DNA of 64,000 nucleotides from Ignavibacteriota bacterium. Its GTDB lineage: Bacteria; Bacteroidota; Ignavibacteria; Palsa-1295. The stretch covers positions 1,728,001 through 1,792,000 of the forward strand of contig CAWBEI010000002.1 in NCBI GenBank assembly GCA_963787835.1, read 5' to 3'. How positions within the stretch are numbered: the first letter of the stretch is position 1; each line of letters opens with the position of its first letter. This document shows, in pieces, positions 31,448 through 38,985 of this stretch. The notes below the pieces were generated by a model that saw only the letters and a list, made by a program, of their open reading frames with translations, searched no databases and was not told the DNA's origin. Made by a program: the position numbers and the translations under genes.

Positions 31448-32475
31448 TACTCGGTACTTGACGCTTCCAGATCTTCCAGCAACGCTGCCACTAATTGTTC
31501 CCTATAGATCGGAACGATTCCTAGTTCTTCGATCACTAACCCTGCTGCGCGGTTCGCGATCACTGCCGATTCCCGAACGCTCATTCCCGACGCCATGCAG
31601 ACGGCAAGCGTCGCGATCACCGTATCGCCGGCGCCGGAAACATCGGCGACCGTGCGTGCCATCGTTGGGATCGAAAATGGTTCGTTCGAGATCCCATCGT
31701 TTTTGATGCGTTCAAAGAGCATCATTCCTTTTTCGCCTAATGTCAGCAAAACATTTTCTGCATTGAGCCTTTCCATCAGCCGAAGTCCAGCGGCAATGTT
31801 CTCTTCTTGTGTCGAAAGACGAATCGCCAGCGCATCCTCGACTTCCTTTCTATTCGGCTTGAATACCGTGGCGCCCTGATACTCGAAAAAATTGTGCATC
31901 TTCGGATCCACCAGCAAGGGAACGTTATGTTTCTTCCCCAGCGCGATCACCCGGCGGATCAGCGACCCGGTCATCACGCCTTTGTTGTAATCCTCGAGGA
32001 TAATTCCATCGAGCGATGTGATCTCCGCTTCCAGCGCGCCGATCAACCGGTCTTCCGTCGCCGGCGAGATCTCGCGCTTCATCTCGTGATCCATCCGCAG
32101 CATTTGCTGGCTGCCGGCGATGACTCGCGTCTTCACAGTAGTAGGGCGCGTCGCATCCGTGACGATCCCTTCCAGCGGGAACCCAAGATCGGTGAAGATC
32201 CCCTTCAGGATGAGGCCCGACGTATCGTCCCCGACGATGCCCAGCATCAGCGGCGTAGCGCCTAAGCCCAAAATGTTGTGCCCGACGTTCGCCGCGCCGC
32301 CAAGCCGCGCCTGCTCGCTCTCGATCTCCAGCACCGGAACCGGCGCTTCCGGTGAGATACGCGACACGCTGCCGAACGTATAGCGGTCCAGCATCAGATC
32401 GCCCACAACGGCGATCCGTGCCTTCGAAAAAGCGGTGGAAAGGGCTTCGATTCGGGTGGAGGTCAATGGTGTCAT
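31447..32475 (-). CDS. rfaE1: D-glycero-beta-D-manno-heptose 7-phosphate kinase
   Basis: VGDLMLD.Y, RISPEAPVPV, GGAANV, DVSGAGDTV. Confidence 0.95.
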   Translation of the reverse strand: MTPLTSTRIEALSTAFSKARIAVVGDLMLDRYTFGSVSRISPEAPVPVLEIESEQARLGGAANVGHNILGLGATPLMLGIVGDDTSGLILKGIFTDLGFPLEGIVTDATRPTTVKTRVIAGSQQMLRMDHEMKREISPATEDRLIGALEAEITSLDGIILEDYNKGVMTGSLIRRVIALGKKHNVPLLVDPKMHNFFEYQGATVFKPNRKEVEDALAIRLSTQEENIAAGLRLMERLNAENVLLTLGEKGMMLFERIKNDGISNEPFSIPTMARTVADVSGAGDTVIATLAVCMASGMSVRESAVIANRAAGLVIEELGIVPIYREQLVAALLEDLEASSTE

Positions 32476-32577
32476 GTTGGCCGCTATACGCAAACCCAAC
32501 AGGATAGTATCCCAGAAAATTGCTTTTCTCCTTTTTCCCTATCCTTTCCCTCATCCAGAAATCCGGTAGATCGTGGT

Positions 32578-32891
32578 CCCATTTCATACTTCATAATTCA
32601 TACTTTCCCCAAGAAACAGGTGCCATTTCTTTTTCTTGCTGAGTTCCCGACACCCTTCGTTTCCAAGCTGTTTTCGCCATTTGTTGAAAAAGTTATCCAC
32701 AAAATGCTTTCACTAAGAACTTTTTCATAACGAAAACTACCAAATGCCCCCCAACTTTTACCTCTTACTTCTTACCTCTTATCTCTTACTTCTTACCTAA
32801 TTCCCCCGCCGATTGTCAATGAACAAGAACACGAACGCTATTCTTATAGACACTTGGTGCCTATAGTCTCACTTTCAATATACTACAATTT
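32578..32891 (-). repeat. Dispersed non-coding repeat, copy B (candidate structured RNA)
   Basis: Reverse complement matches 3730-3979; heptamer runs at 32580-32606 and 32757-32798. Confidence 0.8.
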
Positions 32892-32924
32892 CTCGACCCG
32901 CCACTAAATTCGAAATTATTATTA

Positions 32925-32939
32925 TTACCATTTTGGTAA
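32925..32939. promoter_or_regulatory. Palindromic operator, probable HigA autorepression site
   Basis: TTACCA-TTT-TGGTAA 30 bp upstream of higB. Confidence 0.55.
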
Positions 32940-32969
32940 CATTTCAATTGCCTTTGGGGTTTGGATGTC

Positions 32970-33302
32970 ATGAGGATCATTGCGAAGCGGACCTTACAGC
33001 AGTTCTGGGAGCGGCATCCTCAAACGGAGCAGATGCTCAAGGCGTGGTTCGATGAGGCGCGATTTGCGGCGTGGGAGAACCCGAATGAACTCAAACAGCA
33101 GTACCGTACCGTTTCGATCATTAGCAAGAAGCGAGTGGTTTTTAATATTCATGGAAATGACTTCCGATTAGTCGTTGATATTGAATACCGGCTGAAAATT
33201 ATTTTTATCGTATGGATCGGCACACACCGCGAGTACGATAAATTAGATATTACGAAAGTACACTATGTTAAAACCAATCCGAACCGAGCGGGAGTACGAT
33301 AA
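32970..33302 (+). CDS. higB: HigB-family toxin
   Basis: MRIIAKRTL..FW, VVFNI.GN.FRLVV, WIGTH.EYDK. Confidence 0.92.
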   Translation: MRIIAKRTLQQFWERHPQTEQMLKAWFDEARFAAWENPNELKQQYRTVSIISKKRVVFNIHGNDFRLVVDIEYRLKIIFIVWIGTHREYDKLDITKVHYVKTNPNRAGVR

Positions 33303-33624
33303 GGCGTTAAGTACAGCCTACCGCCTGATGCAAAAGGAACTGAAAACGGCGTCGAAAGAGGCCGACGAACTGGAGGTGCTCACCATGCTCATCGAGCGAT
33401 ACGAAGCAGAGCATTATCCGATCGCGCCGCCGCATCCCATAGAGGCCATCGTGTTCCGTATGGAGCAGTTAGGAATGAAACGTTCCGAACTTGGGAAACT
33501 CCTCGGCGCGCCCAGCCGTGCCTCCGAGATCATGCGCGGCAAAAGAAAACTCACACTCGAAATGGTGCGCACCCTCCACGAACGCCTCCATATCCCACTC
33601 GAAAGCTTGGTGGGGAGATATTAG
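33265..33624 (+). CDS. higA: HigA-family antitoxin (HTH)
   Basis: KPIRTE..Y, LIE.YE..HYPI..P.PIEAI.FRMEQ, SEI..GKRKLTL. Confidence 0.92.
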   Translation: MLKPIRTEREYDKALSTAYRLMQKELKTASKEADELEVLTMLIERYEAEHYPIAPPHPIEAIVFRMEQLGMKRSELGKLLGAPSRASEIMRGKRKLTLEMVRTLHERLHIPLESLVGRY

Positions 33625-33644
33625 AGAGACGCGAAGCATCCCCA

Positions 33645-33875
33645 AGTGGCGGAGCCACGATGTACCCGATGGCCCAGGGTGAAGCAAGCATCGCCCACGA
33701 TGCGAGCGGAACCCTGGGATACGAATACGATTAGAATTATTAGCCCTGAAAGGGCGATGTTAATCAACGGAATTTTACAACGCCCTTATCAGGGCTTGAA
33801 AAAACACTTGCATCTCTAACCCAGCATTACGCTTCGCTCCATGCTGGGCTGCGACTACTCCGTCGCTCCGCGACT
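33645..33875. repeat. Composite REP/REPIN-like nested palindrome
   Basis: AGTGGCGGAGCCACG pairs with CGTCGCTCCGCGACT; CCCAGGG..CCCTGGG; AGCCCTGAAAGGGCG with CGCCCTTATCAGGGCT; CCCAGC..GCTGGG. Confidence 0.75.
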
Positions 33876-34929
33876 AAGCCTGAGTGGCAAGTTCGCCAGA
33901 TGAAGTAAGGGCATACTTTTTCCCGGTTAGTCGCGTCAAATGTTCAGGCAAACCTCCTCCATACTCCAATGGCTTTGTTCCATTAAATCCGAATGCACCA
34001 GTTATTTCAATGTTAGTATTAAAAGCATTCACAAGACGCTCCACTTGCCTATCATTAATGTTTTGGATTGACCCTAAAGGTCCCGAAATTGAATTCGCTG
34101 ATATCCAAGAAGAACTCGCTTCGATTGCACTAATATATTCGTCTAACATTTTTGGCTCACGCATAAGTATTTTTACCAGGTCAAGAGAAATAGTTATCTT
34201 GTTAAATTTTAACCCCTGAAATTTACCGATAAAACCATATGGGTCTAAGCCACTTTTTATTGCAATGATCGGAACCCCACGACCAAAAGCAAATCCGACC
34301 TCTTGATCTGTCCAAAAGCTATCATGGAAATCATCCGTAAGTAATGCAACGAAAGCATCCATTGTGGCAAGAGCATTCTCAATTTCGTTTTGCCACTCTC
34401 TCGTAGGCTCGACGTCTTCATGTGCCACAAAAGCAGAAATGCCAAAAGGCCGAACTTCCTCTTTAATTTTATTGGCAGTTACTTTCGAGGATGATTTATG
34501 ACTGATGAAAAGCCGAAATCCATTATCATCCCATATACGAGATTGTTGTTGTGGTGTAACTAATTTTTCGCCGGTCAAAAGTAAACCTGATTCACGACGC
34601 CAGTCTGAATCCACCTCAAAATCCATTTCAAATGACACAGTATGAATATACTCATCTCGCACCTTTATTAGCTCATTAAGGTCACCTTTTATTTGATCAC
34701 CTAATGTATTCCGCCTATCAAATATCTGTAAATAAAGAGGTTCTGGAAGAGTAAGCCGCAATACATGACCGTAAGAATCTCTACCAAAATCGTAGTATTG
34801 TTCCACCCCTTCTTCTAACTTAGGTCTGCCATTCACTATGACTGATGCTATCTCTACCAGATTCTTCATTGCATACGCCTTTGATAAGGTTGCAAGGTAT
34901 TTTTCTATCTGTCCAGGAATTTCGAACAT
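33874..34929 (-). CDS. TIR-domain protein, probable anti-phage NADase or signalling protein
   Basis: FRLFISH, FVAHED, W..EIE.AL...D.FVALLT..F..S.WTDQEVG with catalytic Glu; AT-rich. Confidence 0.85.
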   Translation of the reverse strand: MFEIPGQIEKYLATLSKAYAMKNLVEIASVIVNGRPKLEEGVEQYYDFGRDSYGHVLRLTLPEPLYLQIFDRRNTLGDQIKGDLNELIKVRDEYIHTVSFEMDFEVDSDWRRESGLLLTGEKLVTPQQQSRIWDDNGFRLFISHKSSSKVTANKIKEEVRPFGISAFVAHEDVEPTREWQNEIENALATMDAFVALLTDDFHDSFWTDQEVGFAFGRGVPIIAIKSGLDPYGFIGKFQGLKFNKITISLDLVKILMREPKMLDEYISAIEASSSWISANSISGPLGSIQNINDRQVERLVNAFNTNIEITGAFGFNGTKPLEYGGGLPEHLTRLTGKKYALTSSGELATQA

Positions 34930-35071
34930 GTATCAATATGGCTCTTTAAAATTCTAATTTCTCATGGAATGTTTTACTGTATTACCGTCACCCATTTCCA
35001 AGAGTTTACCTAAAAGCCAATCTCCCTAAAGATAAATCCCTTCAGCGCGGGCGTTCGTGCGTTAGCTTCGT

Positions 35072-35160
35072 GGGAGTCCGCCGTGGCGGATAGCCCCCGG
35101 TTTCAACCGGGGGTTAAGAAACGCAAATCGTATTAAAGCTCCGTAGGAGCGGCACCCACT
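35072..35160. repeat. REP-like palindrome cluster
   Basis: TCCGCC-GT-GGCGGA; CCCCCGGTT-TC-AACCGGGGG; GCTCC-GTA-GGAGC. Confidence 0.7.
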
Positions 35161-35191
35161 CGTTGGCGGTATTTTTCGCTATGGGGTCAGG

Positions 35192-35924
35192 CTATGTGCC
35201 TATCTTGTCGAGTACGGCACGCTTAAACCAAGCAGGCACTTGGTTCTCCATCAGCACTAATGTCGTACCGTTGGTAATTTCCGCGAGCCATGTGTGTTTG
35301 CGTCCATCGACCGAATTATCGAATACATACGCACGATCTGTTTGCCAGATCGCTTCCATCAAGAGATCGAGCGACCGATACTATCTGCTGACGATCTTAT
35401 CGTCTGGAACCCCATGCCCTCCATTCGCCACACGCTCATGGACACCGGAGACATTGATCATCGGGTCGTCCGTGGCGATAAAATAGAGGTAGATTCGATA
35501 TCCCTTTCCTCTTGCATCAGCCAGCAAGTCGATCTTGCTTTCGTGCGACATCACGGTCTCGAACGTAAATGTTGTGCGTTGTTCCATGAGTTTGTGCCGC
35601 AGAAAATCCGCAGTCGCTGCCGCAAGATACTCGAAATTTTCGATACCATGGAAGATGAGCGCATCACCACCGATCTGGGGATACACGGTTGATCGCGTCA
35701 GAGCAAAAAGGGACGAATGCTCGAAAAATGTTCGTATCTCTTCGGACGTCGAAGTAATTCCCTTCGCCAAAAGGCCGACGCGGCCTGTTTGCTCGATCTC
35801 GCTTTGAATTTCATCCGGGTGTAAGATATACCCCTAAAAGATCGATAGGCAAGAGCGACTTAAGGGTGCTTTTACCGGAACCATTCGGCCCGGCAAACAT
35901 GCGAATGCGTGGGATCGCGTTCAA
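35192..35924 (-). pseudogene. Zeta-toxin-like P-loop kinase/ATPase pseudogene
   Basis: FAGPNGSGKST; +1 frameshift near 35820; FETVMSH; RV..GGH.VP; in-frame TAG at 35381-35383 followed by homologous YRSL..FDNS. Confidence 0.8.
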
Positions 35925-36172
35925 CGGATTTGAATCGGCTTGCCTTTTGCGACGGAGAATGGTGGCTCGATCTTTTTGATCTTCTCACGTCTGCCATCCG
36001 GGAAAACCTTATAGAGGTAGCCGTCCTCGGCAATAAGCACATCCATTCCAGACTCGATCGTCCTCTTAAATGCGGCCGAAAATGCATCGCCCGAACGCGA
36101 TGGAAATGTATTCTCTAATTGCTGGAGCGCTTGCTCATCTTGGATCATAGCCGTTTCCTTTATCGAATTCAA
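35921..36172 (-). CDS. Small putative antitoxin partner of the zeta-like gene
   Basis: 83 aa, coupled by TTGA overlap; G..V.IAEDG.LYKV.PDG. Confidence 0.55.
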   Translation of the reverse strand: MNSIKETAMIQDEQALQQLENTFPSRSGDAFSAAFKRTIESGMDVLIAEDGYLYKVFPDGRREKIKKIEPPFSVAKGKPIQIR

Positions 36173-36298
36173 CCATGATAATGCTTACAGCGTTCCTATA
36201 CCCACACCCATTATGGGTTCCGGGCGATCATAAATGGAGCATGTTTATGAATCCTATATTTTTCGCCGTGTTCGCGGGGGTGGTAGGGATGGCTCGAT

Positions 36299-36390
36299 CA
36301 CCCCCGAAACGCGATGCGTTCCCGCGTGGTTTGTATGATACCTTGCCATTGCCATCGTAACGGTTGGCTTGCTGTATCTTGCGTTTCGCG
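36299..36390 (+). repeat. Direct-repeat copy of the upstream region and 5' end of the gene at 37031
   Basis: Matches 36986-37112 except for a ~34-bp deletion between two TGCCAT and a few substitutions. Confidence 0.9.
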
Positions 36391-36405
36391 TTGAAGCTTA
36401 ATCTG

Positions 36406-36738
36406 TTATTTTGTTTGAGGCAGCGCGCGGAAGATCGATATTAGCCGCTCGGTGTCTTCGGCGCTTAGTTCACCGAGATGTGCGATAACCTTTTCGAGTT
36501 TCGTCGTGACCAATCTATCCACCTTAATCATAGATTCCACACGAAGTCCGTTGGTACTGCTTGGTCGCACGCTGAACTCGTTTCTGGTTGGTGAGGCCGG
36601 AACCACGGATTAGATCGCCGCCACGATAATATCATGATAGCGGTCTGCGGTTTCGGCAATGACGGCTGCGGGTCGCGCCTTTAGTTGCGTGAGCTCCGCA
36701 AACGGAAATGGGACAAGGACGATCTCTCCGGTTCGCAT
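36406..36738 (-). pseudogene. mazF: PemK/MazF-family toxin with internal nonsense codon
   Basis: MRTGEIVLVPFPF..L...KARPA.VI; TAA at 36610-36612; continues to NGL...S.I..D.L.T. Confidence 0.85.
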
Positions 36739-36947
36739 CAGGATGGCAGATAATCCTGATACAAATCCTCACGCGGGTCGTTCCAAAATTCGAAGGCGTC
36801 GGAATGCGAAGCCGCCAACCGGGTTTCTTCGTCCGGCGTTAGCTCTTCCAAGAACGTGATCTTCACTCGGAAGTGCTTCCCGCTCGGAATTTTAGCGAGT
36901 GGGACGATCCGGTTTCCATCGTAATAACCTTCGATAGGTGTTAGCAT
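36738..36947 (-). CDS. Putative antitoxin
   Basis: IEG.YDG..I..L; AFEFW.DP.EDLY; TGATG overlap with the toxin. Confidence 0.7.
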   Translation of the reverse strand: MLTPIEGYYDGNRIVPLAKIPSGKHFRVKITFLEELTPDEETRLAASHSDAFEFWNDPREDLYQDYLPS

Positions 36948-37030
36948 AATGCACTAAAGCAATTCATCGCGGAGATAGTTCTTTCCACCCCCCGAAACGC
37001 GATGCGTTCCCGCGTGGTTTGTAGGATACC

Positions 37031-38095
37031 TTGCCATCTTTGAAATCCCCAGCACTGAAATACGCTGCCATAGCCATCGTAACGGTTGGCTTGCTGTATC
37101 TTGCGTTTCGCGGGCAGGATCTGGGCGCCGCGATGGATGCGATGGGCCGCGCGCGCATCGTTCCGCTCCTGGGCGGGTTGCTCATTATGTTCCTTTCGCA
37201 TGGCGTGCGCGCACTCCGGTGGCGTATCGTGCTATGGCCGCTGAAACGGCCTACGAGTTTGTGGCTTGCCTTCAAAGCCACCATCGCAGGTTATGCCATG
37301 AACAATCTTATTCCGCGTTCCGGCGAATTAGTGCGGCCTTACATCATGGCGAGAGGGGAAAGCATCCCGATGGCGGGAACGCTTGCCAGCGTGGTCGTCG
37401 AGCGGCTTGCCGATGTGCTCGCGCTTGCCGCGCTGATCGTGTTCTCGCTCGTTTCCTTCCAAAGTCGCGTGACGAATGTGTTCCCAATGTTCAATGGCGA
37501 TGTTCTTTGGGGTTTGGCCGTGATGCTTATTTTGCTCATCAGTTTGATCCTCGTTTTTTTCAGCGAGCGCCGAACAGAGCAAATGGTTACGCTTGTCACG
37601 CGACCGCTGCCGGCGAAATGGCGCGAAAAGATCATCCAAATGGGCCGCGATTTCTCGCATGGTATCCGTGGATTGGAGAGATCAGCAATTCTGCCGCTTA
37701 TCGTAGGAACTGTCGGCATCTGGCTCCTCTATGGCATTTCGATGTACGTCTCTCTTCAAGCATTTGACGATCCAGCAATGTCGGCCCTCACGCTTCGCGA
37801 TACATTCCTATTACTGACGCTCTCCGGCATTGCGTTCACCATCCCTACTCCAGGTGGCACAGGTGGGTATCACTTCCTCATCAAAACCGGCCTCGCCTCG
37901 ATCTTCGGCGTTCCTCTTGCGATCGCAGCCGCTTACGCCATCGTAACGCACATCCTGAGTTATGTCTCGATAACGCTTGTTGGCCTGGGATTTTTACTGA
38001 AAGAGGGAATCTCTTTCGGCGCAGCAAAGAATCTTCAAACTTCTTCCACCCAAATACCGGCGAGGACGCCGGCGATACAGCATTCCGATGGTTGA
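37031..38095 (+). CDS. Lysylphosphatidylglycerol synthase TM / flippase-like membrane protein
   Basis: RALRW, GYA.NN.IP..GE..R, ER..D, PTPGG.G.Y. Confidence 0.85.
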   Translation: MPSLKSPALKYAAIAIVTVGLLYLAFRGQDLGAAMDAMGRARIVPLLGGLLIMFLSHGVRALRWRIVLWPLKRPTSLWLAFKATIAGYAMNNLIPRSGELVRPYIMARGESIPMAGTLASVVVERLADVLALAALIVFSLVSFQSRVTNVFPMFNGDVLWGLAVMLILLISLILVFFSERRTEQMVTLVTRPLPAKWREKIIQMGRDFSHGIRGLERSAILPLIVGTVGIWLLYGISMYVSLQAFDDPAMSALTLRDTFLLLTLSGIAFTIPTPGGTGGYHFLIKTGLASIFGVPLAIAAAYAIVTHILSYVSITLVGLGFLLKEGISFGAAKNLQTSSTQIPARTPAIQHSDG

Positions 38096-38915
38096 TATTC
38101 ATTGCCATATCGTTCCAGGAGTGGATGACGGCGCAGTGTCGCTGGAAATGTCGCTTGCGATGATCGAGGAGGCGAAGCGCTGCGGTGTCACCTCGATCTT
38201 AACCACTCCCCATATTCGCGGGCGTGAAGATGAACTGCCGCGGCATCAGCATCATAAAGAAAAATTCCAAAGGATTCTCGATGCAAAACCGGATATGGAT
38301 CTGCATCTGGGTGGGGAAGTGCGCGTTACGTCCGAAACGCATACGGTGGTGGATCGTCCGGAATTCACCGCCGATGAAAAGCTGAAATATATTCTTCTGG
38401 AACTGGAATTTGAACAGGTACCATTGTATTTCAATCAGTTGCTGTTTGAATACCGGCTTCGCGGCATCACGCCTATCGTTGCTCACCCGGAGCGGAATGT
38501 CGGCGTGATAAAGAATCCCTTGTTGGCTCTGGAATTCGTTCGGCAAGGCGCGCGGTTACAACTAACAACGGGTTCGCTCATAGGTGAACTTGGAGAGACG
38601 TTTCAAAATTGCGCGCTTCTGCTTCTCGAATGCGGGCTTATCAGCTTTTTGGCCAGCGATGCGCATAATCTAACGACCCGCCGATTCACAAACTGGACGG
38701 CAGCATACGATTATGCCCGCTCAATGGAAGGACGAACCGATTTTGTCCTTCCCATCAGCGCGGATGACCTTTGCACGAACAATCCTAAAGCGGTTTGCGA
38801 AGGAACTCCGCTCCCCGCTATCGAACTGGATGACCGTGCCTTGTCGAAAATTGGGGAGCGGCTTCTGAAAAAAACTGCCCCAATAGTGAAACGAAAGCGG
38901 TTCTTCTTTTTGTAG
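38088..38915 (+). CDS. CpsB/CapC PHP-family protein-tyrosine phosphatase
   Basis: DIHCHIVPGVDDG, TPH, AHPER, ASDAH. Confidence 0.92.
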   Translation: MVDIHCHIVPGVDDGAVSLEMSLAMIEEAKRCGVTSILTTPHIRGREDELPRHQHHKEKFQRILDAKPDMDLHLGGEVRVTSETHTVVDRPEFTADEKLKYILLELEFEQVPLYFNQLLFEYRLRGITPIVAHPERNVGVIKNPLLALEFVRQGARLQLTTGSLIGELGETFQNCALLLLECGLISFLASDAHNLTTRRFTNWTAAYDYARSMEGRTDFVLPISADDLCTNNPKAVCEGTPLPAIELDDRALSKIGERLLKKTAPIVKRKRFFFL

Positions 38916-38985
38916 TAGGGGATACATGACAGATAAGCCTGCCATTTTCCAGATCTGTTTGCCACACAAGTAATATCACGATACT

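Noticed and set aside
35381-36612. Stop-codon reassignment explaining the in-frame stops in the toxins
   Set aside because: The two stops are different codons (TAG, TAA), both terminate normal genes in this window, and the zeta-like gene also has a frameshift.
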